From assembly GCA_045578245.1 (NCBI GenBank), contig JAZNJX010000098.1, positions 1,188 to 65,187 on the forward strand: DNA of 64,000 nt. Reading direction: 5' to 3'. Within the stretch, counting starts at the first letter, position 1. Each line of letters opens with the position of its first letter. Shown here piece by piece: positions 47,027 through 55,031 of this stretch. The notes beneath the pieces were generated by a model that saw nothing but the letters and a program-made list of their open reading frames with translations, made no database searches and had not been told where the DNA came from. Origin of the DNA: Candidatus Fimenecus sp. (GTDB lineage: Bacteria; Bacillota; Clostridia; Oscillospirales; Acutalibacteraceae). A program made the translations under genes and the position numbers.

Positions 47027-47284
47027 ATGCAGAAATACGCAGTTAAAGGCAATCGTGAGATTGCTATTACAAACGAAGCTGAAGAGAAAGCACTCGTTAA
47101 GCAGGGATACGACATCCTTGATGGTGACGGTAAACTTCTTACCGCAGGCAGAGGCAAAACAGTGCCTTATGAACAACATGAGGAAGTTAAGGCTGAAAAC
47201 GAAACACTTAAGGCTGAAAACAAGAAACTTGAGGCAAAAATCAAGGAACTTGAAAAAGAACTCAAGGAATTGAAGAAGGCTTAA
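47027..47284 (+). CDS. hypothetical coiled-coil protein (head-associated by position)
   Basis: 85 aa; KAENETLKAENKKLEAKIKELEKELKELKK. Confidence 0.5.
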   Translation: MQKYAVKGNREIAITNEAEEKALVKQGYDILDGDGKLLTAGRGKTVPYEQHEEVKAENETLKAENKKLEAKIKELEKELKELKKA

Positions 47285-47297
47285 GGAGCTGATAAGA

Positions 47298-47672
47298 ATG
47301 TCAGCTTATGTAAGCAAGATAGATTTTTCGAAAATGTTTCCTAATTCACAGATACCAAGTGAAGAAATTGAATTATATTTAAAAACCGCAAGTGTCGATA
47401 TTGATTCTCTCACATTTAATCGTATCGTTGCCTGCGGTTTTGATTCACTTACTCAATTTCAAAAGGAAAAAGTTCAGAATGCTGTATGTCGTCAAGCAGA
47501 ACTGAGATTTCAAAACAAGGAACTGTTTGAAAGTGTTATACAGTCTTATAGCATTAATGGTGTTTCAGTAACCCTTGACAAAAGCAGACTTATAACAATT
47601 TGTGGTGCTACCACCTCGACGGATATATATTCAGAACTTAAACAAAGTGGTCTTTGTGTAAGGAGGCTGTAA
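47298..47672 (+). CDS. head-tail connector (gp6-like) protein
   Basis: Size and position. Confidence 0.45.
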   Translation: MSAYVSKIDFSKMFPNSQIPSEEIELYLKTASVDIDSLTFNRIVACGFDSLTQFQKEKVQNAVCRQAELRFQNKELFESVIQSYSINGVSVTLDKSRLITICGATTSTDIYSELKQSGLCVRRL

Positions 47673-47673
47673 T

Positions 47674-48009
47674 ATGCAATATCCTAAGCTGGTACCACCA
47701 AGATTATGTCATACTGAAGTCAAAGTAAAATTCCTTGGTGATTTGGATGTCGAAGGTGCTGAAGAAATCCTTTGTGAGTTCAGCGGAAAGTGTAATATCA
47801 AAATTAAAACAAAGCAACGGCTTACAGCGGATAAACGCCTTGTGACCATAAATGCTGTTGCTTTGTTTGATGGGGATATTGCTCCTGATATATCAAATCC
47901 AAAAGGAACACTTGAACTGAATGCTAAAGAATATCATATTTACAGTATTGCGAAAGAACTTAATCCGGATGGAACTGTGAATTACACACGATTGGAGTTG
48001 ACAGAATGA
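47674..48009 (+). CDS. head closure/adaptor protein
   Basis: Size and position in the neck module. Confidence 0.4.
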   Translation: MQYPKLVPPRLCHTEVKVKFLGDLDVEGAEEILCEFSGKCNIKIKTKQRLTADKRLVTINAVALFDGDIAPDISNPKGTLELNAKEYHIYSIAKELNPDGTVNYTRLELTE

Positions 48010-48434
48010 GTTGTCAGGTGAAGGTTAATGTTAAACTTGACCCTCAATTTAAGAGTATGCTTCGTGAACAAATTAAAGAGGCAGCTATGTTGACGATTGG
48101 TGATGCAAGAAATGATTTAGTTCAATCTCAAACAGTGCCGAGAGATAGTAATGCAACAATGCAAAACGATGCTTTTACAATGGTTAATGAGGACGGTCCT
48201 AATATTTCTGCTACACTTGTTTTTGGAGTACCGTATGCTCGTTATCAGTATTTCGGTTTAATACGACACGGTAAAAAACCAAATTATAAGTATTACGGTA
48301 ATATTAAATATCAAAAAGGATATAATCCACACGCACGGTCTCATTGGTTAGAGCCATACAAGGACGGTGTATTCTTAACGGAACATTTCAAGGAAAATCT
48401 AAAACAGATAAGACAAGGAAAGCTTAAAAAGTAA
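48006..48434 (+). CDS. neck/minor capsid protein (HK97 gp10-like)
   Basis: GVPYARYQYFG motif; position. Confidence 0.45.
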   Translation: MSCQVKVNVKLDPQFKSMLREQIKEAAMLTIGDARNDLVQSQTVPRDSNATMQNDAFTMVNEDGPNISATLVFGVPYARYQYFGLIRHGKKPNYKYYGNIKYQKGYNPHARSHWLEPYKDGVFLTEHFKENLKQIRQGKLKK

Positions 48435-48447
48435 GGGAGGGCGGTTA

Positions 48448-48846
48448 ATGTTATATTTATCTGATGTTGCTAAATACATAAAAGAGAAAAAACCAACAAT
48501 TAAAAACATTTCATCAGGTATTATTGATGTAAAAAAGAAACAATGCGTTGGTGTTTTTGATAATAATCGTTCTCCAAGTACACGTATTGCTTTAGGTGGG
48601 GCTGAAAACACCCGCTATTATAAGCAACAAATTACAATTTTAGTGCATTGGGGCAAGACACAAAAAGAGTGCTTTAATAAGGCCACAGAGCTTTATAAAC
48701 TGTTTTTCGGTGTATCTGATGTTACAATCAATGACAACCATATCGCCTTTTTTACGGCGTATGAGCCCCAAAGCATAGGCTTTACACAGGATATGATATA
48801 TGAATACCTTATACCTGTGGATATTTATATTAACAAGGAGGAATAA
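48448..48846 (+). CDS. tail completion protein
   Basis: Position immediately before the major tail gene. Confidence 0.4.
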   Translation: MLYLSDVAKYIKEKKPTIKNISSGIIDVKKKQCVGVFDNNRSPSTRIALGGAENTRYYKQQITILVHWGKTQKECFNKATELYKLFFGVSDVTINDNHIAFFTAYEPQSIGFTQDMIYEYLIPVDIYINKEE

Positions 48847-48848
48847 AA

Positions 48849-49286
48849 ATGGCAGAAATTCCAAAAACTGGTGTATTTCCTGTGTTTAAACATAAGTTTA
48901 AACTTGGTGCAACCGCAGATGCAGTAAAAAACATTGCAGAAATGGAAAACTTTTCTGTTGCTATTGACGGTAAGGTTGAAGAATGGTCTCCTTTTGAAGA
49001 AGAAGGCTGGGTAAAACGCCTTGTTACAGGTAAGAGCATTTCAATCTCGCTTAAGGGTAAGCGTTGTGTAGGCGATGCCGGAAATGACTATGTACACAAC
49101 TGTGCTTTTAAAACTGGTCAGGATTGCAATGGTGCGTTTGAATGGGAGTTCCCTTCAGGTGCAAAAATCACAATGAATTGTGTGATTAATGTCACTAACC
49201 CCGGTGGTGGTGACAGCACTGGGGTTGATGGACTTGAGTTTGATGTTTTGTCAAACGGAAAGCCTACATTCACACCAGCAGCTTAA
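48849..49286 (+). CDS. major tail protein
   Basis: 145 aa, upstream of the chaperone pair and the tape measure gene. Confidence 0.55.
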   Translation: MAEIPKTGVFPVFKHKFKLGATADAVKNIAEMENFSVAIDGKVEEWSPFEEEGWVKRLVTGKSISISLKGKRCVGDAGNDYVHNCAFKTGQDCNGAFEWEFPSGAKITMNCVINVTNPGGGDSTGVDGLEFDVLSNGKPTFTPAA

Positions 49287-49296
49287 ATGAAAAAGT

Positions 49297-49330
49297 GCGC
49301 CCTCTATCTTAATTGACGGAGGGCGTTATT
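49297..49330 (+). terminator. possible attenuating hairpin after the major tail gene
   Basis: gcgccctc ... gagggcg stem, 14-nt loop, ttatta tail. Confidence 0.3.
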
Positions 49331-49349
49331 ATATCGGAGGTAAATAAAA

Positions 49350-49694
49350 ATGGCTAAAATGTACACATTTGATAAGAAACTACTTTGTGATGGTCCTGAA
49401 ATCAGAATAGCAAAGAAAGTGTATCCTATTGATGACCGAAAAAAGACGGTAAAGAAACTTTTAAAAGAACTTAACAAACTCGATAAAAACGATGATTCTG
49501 TAATCGATAGTGACGAACTTATTATTAAATATGCATTTGGTGAGAATGCAAAAGAAATTCTTGAAATGGATATGAGTTTTAAAGCACAGCAAAAACTCTC
49601 CGAAGATGTCTTGGCAATTATGACCGGTGAAGACCCTGAAACAAAAGGTGACACAGAGGGTCGATTTCACGACGAAGAACAAAAAGAAGAATAA
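49350..49694 (+). CDS. tail assembly chaperone (gpG-like)
   Basis: 114 aa, acidic, directly upstream of the tape measure gene. Confidence 0.6.
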   Translation: MAKMYTFDKKLLCDGPEIRIAKKVYPIDDRKKTVKKLLKELNKLDKNDDSVIDSDELIIKYAFGENAKEILEMDMSFKAQQKLSEDVLAIMTGEDPETKGDTEGRFHDEEQKEE

Positions 49695-50028
49695 ATACGA
49701 CGACTTTTACGACCTTGAATATGATGCTGTTTTAATTGAGCAATCTATAGCAAAACAATATCACATTTTACCATCTCAACAAGAAGAATTGTCATATAGT
49801 GACTGGGCAAAACTTGTGTCCGGTTTGATGAATGATACTCCTTTGGGAAAAGTTGTTGAGATTCGCAGTGAAGATGATGCTGAGATTATAAAGAATATGA
49901 CAAAAGAACAACTTGCTATTAGAAGTGAATGGCAAAGCTTTGTTAATTCCAACATTACATATTCTGAAGAAGATATGCAAAAGCAGTCTGAAATGCTTGA
50001 AAAGATGATGGCATCACTATTCGGTTGA
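49627..50028 (+). CDS. tail assembly chaperone extension (gpT-like), overlapping in the +1 frame
   Basis: This frame is open only from 49624 and overlaps the last 70 nt of the upstream ORF. Confidence 0.45.
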   Translation: MKTLKQKVTQRVDFTTKNKKKNKYDDFYDLEYDAVLIEQSIAKQYHILPSQQEELSYSDWAKLVSGLMNDTPLGKVVEIRSEDDAEIIKNMTKEQLAIRSEWQSFVNSNITYSEEDMQKQSEMLEKMMASLFG

Positions 50029-50061
50029 TTTTAATATTTCATTTATAAAGGAGGTGATTGT

Positions 50062-52584
50062 GTGTCAGAAAAAGACAGTGCTGGTATAGTTTCTCTTGAC
50101 CTGGTTATCGAAGATACTGCGGAAAAGCAAATTGAAAAGATTGCAAAATCAGCGGTTAAACCTGCACAAAAGCATTTTTCTAATGTAGGTAAGACTATTG
50201 AAAATGCTATAACAAAACAAACCTCAAAAATACATAAATCTATTGAGAAAAATATCAATTCCGTCAAAGAACCAAAGAGTTTTAAGGTTGCAAACGATGC
50301 AATCGGTCTTATGGAACAGAAACTCGGTAATATAGGTTCACAGATGGGTAGCGTTAGCGAGAAAATCGCAAAGGTTGAGTCTCAATATGAAAAATTAGGT
50401 AAGGAAAAAGGCTTTGATGACGAAGATGTTATCAAACTTGAAAATGAACTTACTTCATTACAAGCAAAACTTATCTCTTTGCAATCGACTGCAAATTCAA
50501 CAGAAGATAAATTAAATAAAGCACTTTCAGGACCAGCCCAAAAAGCACAGCAGGCATATCAAAAAGCCTATGATGATATCGTCAATCGTGCTGCAAATGC
50601 TTCAAAGCAGGCCGAACAATGGGCATTAAAGGCAGAACGTGCTCATAGTAAATCAGCATCACGTGCAGCAAAGCACGCTGTGGCTGCTTATAACAAGCAA
50701 GCGAAGGCAGCGAGAACCTATGCAAACAAATATGCCGATGCACAATCCGATGCAAACGACAAATCCATAAAGGCTGTTGAACGAGCCTATAAGAAAATGG
50801 AAAGCACAGCGAAGAAGTGTGCCAATGCATCTTCAAATGCTATGCACAAAATGGCGAAAGATTCGTCAAAGAGTACATCCGGCATGGGCAGGGCTTTCCA
50901 TAAACTTGGTAAGACAATTAAAGGCTCTCTAAAAGCTGTTTTCGTTACAGCAGTGTTATATAAATTCTTTAAAGCATTTAAGGATAATATAACTGGAGCC
51001 TTGGGCCAAAACAAGCAGTTCGCTAAGTCTCTTAATGAGATAAAAGCAAATCTGTCGGTAGCCTTTACACCAATCATTGAAGCAATAATGCCGATGATTA
51101 CCCGTCTTGCGCAAGGCTTGGCCACAATCACAAAATATATTGCTACATTTATTGCTGCAATATTTGGAAAAACTTATAAGCAGGCTGTAAATTCTACAAA
51201 GAAGATGCAGGCTCAGGCTGAAAAAGCCAAGGCAAGTACAAGCCGTGATTTCGATGAGTTACATAATGTTGATGAAGATAGTGGAAGTGGTTCCGATGGT
51301 TCATCAATAAATTATGATGCTCTTGATACAAGTCAGCTTGATACAGGTCCAATGAAAAAGTTTCAAGAGATTCTTGATAAGGTCAAGGATACTATTGAAA
51401 AGGTATCTCCTGCTTTCAAAAATCTTTATGAAAAAGGTATTAAACCCATCATTGACTGGTTAGGCGGAAAAGTAAAAGATGCATTTGCATTTTTAGGCAA
51501 ACAGCTTGAAAAAGTTGGGAACTGGTTTGTTGATAATAAAGACAGAATATCAAAATTTGGTGACTCTCTTGGTAAACTGTGGGGTTGGTTGGAACCTATT
51601 CTTGATGCAGCGTGGGAGACACTAAAAAATACTCTTGGTAATTTATTTGATGGCTTCCTTGTTGGATGTAGTACCGCATTAGATGTAGCATCAGGTATTA
51701 TTGACCTAATAGTTTCTCTTTTCACAGGTGACTGGGAAGGTGTTAAACAAGCAGGCGAAGACATTATCAATGGTTTGTGGGAAGGCATCAAAAAGAGTTG
51801 GGAAAACACAAAGAAATATCTTACCGACTTGTGGAACGGAATTATCGATACTGTTAAGGCTATTTTCGGTATTCATTCTCCATCAACCGTTTTCTCTGAT
51901 ATCGGTAAAAATATTATTGAGGGTCTTAAAAACGGTATTATCGCTATTTGGGAAACTCTTACATCAGTGGTTAAGGAAAAACTTGATAAACTCAAGACAA
52001 CCTTTACTGAAAAACTCACTAATGCCAAAGATTCCGCAATTAACAAGTTTGCTGAAATTAAAGACGGAATTAAGGAAAAATTATCAGGAATATGGACTGA
52101 TTTCAAAGAGTTTATCAATAAACTTCTTGGTGGCATAGAAAATATGCTTAACAAGCCTATAACAGCAATCAACAAGTTAATTGATAAATTGAACTCTCTG
52201 AAGGTGAAAATGCCTGAAATACTTGGTGGTGGAGAGATAGGGTTCAATATTAGCAGATTCTCAAAAATTTCCATCCCACGTCTTGCAAAAGGTGGTATTG
52301 TTGATAAACCTACACTTTCTCTTATAGGTGAAGCTGGTAAGGAAGCAGTTGTTCCACTTCAAAATAATACAGAATGGATGGAAAAGCTTGTTACAATGCT
52401 TGCTAATGCCCTTGTGAGTGTTTTAGCACCAATGATGATGCGTAATCCTACACAGGAAGTACAAGATGATTTAGAGAAAGTTATAAACATCAATGTTGAC
52501 GGTAGAACTGCATTCTCAATACTTTTAAATTTATTTAAAAAGTATGCAAGTGATGCCGATTTGAGATTAATTACAGGAGGTTAA
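50062..52584 (+). CDS. tape measure protein
   Basis: 840 aa, long alpha-helical A/K-rich protein with central hydrophobic segments; GTG start after AGGAGGTG. Confidence 0.85.
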   Translation: MSEKDSAGIVSLDLVIEDTAEKQIEKIAKSAVKPAQKHFSNVGKTIENAITKQTSKIHKSIEKNINSVKEPKSFKVANDAIGLMEQKLGNIGSQMGSVSEKIAKVESQYEKLGKEKGFDDEDVIKLENELTSLQAKLISLQSTANSTEDKLNKALSGPAQKAQQAYQKAYDDIVNRAANASKQAEQWALKAERAHSKSASRAAKHAVAAYNKQAKAARTYANKYADAQSDANDKSIKAVERAYKKMESTAKKCANASSNAMHKMAKDSSKSTSGMGRAFHKLGKTIKGSLKAVFVTAVLYKFFKAFKDNITGALGQNKQFAKSLNEIKANLSVAFTPIIEAIMPMITRLAQGLATITKYIATFIAAIFGKTYKQAVNSTKKMQAQAEKAKASTSRDFDELHNVDEDSGSGSDGSSINYDALDTSQLDTGPMKKFQEILDKVKDTIEKVSPAFKNLYEKGIKPIIDWLGGKVKDAFAFLGKQLEKVGNWFVDNKDRISKFGDSLGKLWGWLEPILDAAWETLKNTLGNLFDGFLVGCSTALDVASGIIDLIVSLFTGDWEGVKQAGEDIINGLWEGIKKSWENTKKYLTDLWNGIIDTVKAIFGIHSPSTVFSDIGKNIIEGLKNGIIAIWETLTSVVKEKLDKLKTTFTEKLTNAKDSAINKFAEIKDGIKEKLSGIWTDFKEFINKLLGGIENMLNKPITAINKLIDKLNSLKVKMPEILGGGEIGFNISRFSKISIPRLAKGGIVDKPTLSLIGEAGKEAVVPLQNNTEWMEKLVTMLANALVSVLAPMMMRNPTQEVQDDLEKVININVDGRTAFSILLNLFKKYASDADLRLITGG

Positions 52585-52585
52585 C

Positions 52586-52948
52586 GTGGAAACATTACTT
52601 AAAACAATAAACGGATGGACTCCACCTTCTCTTGTAAAGTGTAATCCAATCCGTATAACTCAGGTTAAAAGTGAAACAGATTCCGTTGGTAATCTGCAGA
52701 TTAAAAAGATTTTATCAGTTAAGATGAAATTTGAATTAGAATGGCAATTTATATCAAAGAGTACAGCTCAGCGGATAATGAAAGAATTGTCAGACTTTAA
52801 CGCTCTGGTGACTTATGAAGATATTGTAACAGGTGCAACAAAATCAGGAAGATTTTATCCCGGCGATTTTCAACCTGTTCCGTCTTTGACATATAAAAAC
52901 GGTGAAATGCTTTACAAGTCTTTTCCTCTTAACATAATCGAAAAATAA
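52586..52948 (+). CDS. small tail protein in the distal-tail (Dit) position
   Basis: 120 aa; position only. Confidence 0.35.
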   Translation: METLLKTINGWTPPSLVKCNPIRITQVKSETDSVGNLQIKKILSVKMKFELEWQFISKSTAQRIMKELSDFNALVTYEDIVTGATKSGRFYPGDFQPVPSLTYKNGEMLYKSFPLNIIEK

Positions 52949-52961
52949 AGTAGGAGTAGAA

Positions 52962-54998
52962 ATGTATAATACAACACAACTTTATAAAGACCAGGTTAAT
53001 AAGTTACCACAGAAATACATAATGAATCTAAATTGTATCATTGACGGTGGTTTGAGTATCATTTTTCTTGAAACAGAAAATAACGAACCTCTTACCACCG
53101 AGGATGATGAGATACTTGAATTTCCATCGGCTGCACCTGTTGAGATTCTTCCGAATGATATATTTGAAGCTGGTTATTCTGAAAATATGTTTATAAATGC
53201 TTTTTCAATAGGTACAGCTGTAAAACCAAGTATGTGGGTTCGTATCTTCAACAAAGATAGCAAGTTTAGAAATGAATTGTTATCAACAGCAGAGTATAAA
53301 CCAACATTCGCTCTTTTGGATGATGAAGAGAATACAACAGATGTTGTCCCTGTGGGTGTGTTTTATGCAAATAAACTTATAGTTCAGGATACGGATATTC
53401 GTATTGAATTAAGCGATAAGATGGCGTTTATGGAAAAACCGTTTAAACCTCAAGGTGCACCACGTTCCTTATATGAAATTGCTACTGGTATTGCTCTTGA
53501 TGTTTTTGCAACCGTTGTAACCACGCCGGACGAGTTATCTGTTCTCTCTTTAGTGGTAAACGATGATATTTTTAGCGGATATTCCAAAAAGCAGGTACTT
53601 GAATGTATTGCTCAGGTTTGTGGTAGCTTTGTGAGATTTAATCGTGAAGGCAATCTTGAATTCAAATGGTTTATTGAAACAGATGTTAAACTGAATGGAG
53701 ATACTGCAAAAGTTCCTCTTGAACTTAACGGTAATACTTTCTATCTTAATGATAATTCTCTTCGAGTAACAGGAGTAAAAATAGTTTTTGAAGATACTGA
53801 ATTGTGTTCAGTAGGTACCGATGATTATCTGTTGACTATCAGTGAGAATCCTATTACAGAAACACATTCAGCGGAAATCGCAGAGTTTATACTCAACAGA
53901 CTTTCAACCACAAAATACATTCCTTGCCGTTATGACCGAATTGGTGGTGACCCATCGTTACAAGTAGGAGATATTCTTACTGTAGTTGACAATAAGGAAA
54001 AATACATTCCTGAAATGTATGACAGTTATGACAAATATCCACTTTATATCACAAGCTTTAACTGGCATTACAATTGTGGTGGCTTCTCTGATACATACAT
54101 TGCCTCAGGAAACACGGATGATATGGATACCGATAGAGGAATGACCACTTCTAAAAAGACTGCACAATTAGCAAAGAAGATTAAAGAGACCAAAAAAGAT
54201 GTTCTGGATGAGTTAGATTCAAGAGAAAAATTCTTGTTGGCATTTAATCAAACCATTGCAGGTTCTATGGGATATTATATGACCGAATTACCAGGAGAAG
54301 CAGGCGGAGTAGTGCGGTATATGCACGACAAACCTAATCTTGAGGAAAGCAAAGTTATATACACCCAGACTGTTGATGGTTTCGCTTGGACCACAGATGG
54401 ATGGAATGATGGTGAACCACTCTGGAAATATGGTTTTGATAAAAATGGTAATGCGATTTTAAATCAAATCTATGCTTATACACTTACTGCGGATGTAATC
54501 GTTTCAGGACTATTAAAATCTAAAAATGGTGCATCATGGATTAATTTAGATAATGGGACATTTCAGTTTGGAGAAAGTTCTACTTCACCAAAATTAGCAT
54601 TAAATAAGGCAGGTCAACTTCTTATTGACGGTATTTTGAGAAATATTAATTATCCAACACTTTCAGCATCTGTTGGTGAGTCTGAAAATAATACATTTGG
54701 TGCTTTTACAGTTACGGACAATACAAGTGGTTGGGGTGATATTTTTCAAGTTTACAGAGTTGCGAGTGGCAGCGAAAAGGGTGTAACAATAACATCACCT
54801 TTTTTGATTAATGGTGCTAAGACAAATAGAAAAGGAATAACCATTTTGCCTGATGGCATTACAATGTTTAATAATGGTGGAGGTTCAGTAAGAATTGACG
54901 ATACCGAAGGAACGATAATTGATGGATATGCCGTTATTAAAAGATTTGAAAATATTGAAGAGAGAATTGAAGAACTTAGTAACCTTATTAATGGATGA
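52962..54998 (+). CDS. tail-associated (Tal-like / prophage tail endopeptidase family) protein
   Basis: 678 aa; position after TMP and Dit. Confidence 0.5.
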   Translation: MYNTTQLYKDQVNKLPQKYIMNLNCIIDGGLSIIFLETENNEPLTTEDDEILEFPSAAPVEILPNDIFEAGYSENMFINAFSIGTAVKPSMWVRIFNKDSKFRNELLSTAEYKPTFALLDDEENTTDVVPVGVFYANKLIVQDTDIRIELSDKMAFMEKPFKPQGAPRSLYEIATGIALDVFATVVTTPDELSVLSLVVNDDIFSGYSKKQVLECIAQVCGSFVRFNREGNLEFKWFIETDVKLNGDTAKVPLELNGNTFYLNDNSLRVTGVKIVFEDTELCSVGTDDYLLTISENPITETHSAEIAEFILNRLSTTKYIPCRYDRIGGDPSLQVGDILTVVDNKEKYIPEMYDSYDKYPLYITSFNWHYNCGGFSDTYIASGNTDDMDTDRGMTTSKKTAQLAKKIKETKKDVLDELDSREKFLLAFNQTIAGSMGYYMTELPGEAGGVVRYMHDKPNLEESKVIYTQTVDGFAWTTDGWNDGEPLWKYGFDKNGNAILNQIYAYTLTADVIVSGLLKSKNGASWINLDNGTFQFGESSTSPKLALNKAGQLLIDGILRNINYPTLSASVGESENNTFGAFTVTDNTSGWGDIFQVYRVASGSEKGVTITSPFLINGAKTNRKGITILPDGITMFNNGGGSVRIDDTEGTIIDGYAVIKRFENIEERIEELSNLING

Positions 54999-55031
54999 GG
55001 TTATAGCTCACGGTATAAAAGGAGATAAAAA

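Noticed and set aside
49350-50028. Canonical -1 programmed frameshift (gpG/gpGT)
   Set aside because: The downstream frame is +1 relative to the upstream ORF, and the -1 frame is closed. See the corresponding finding.
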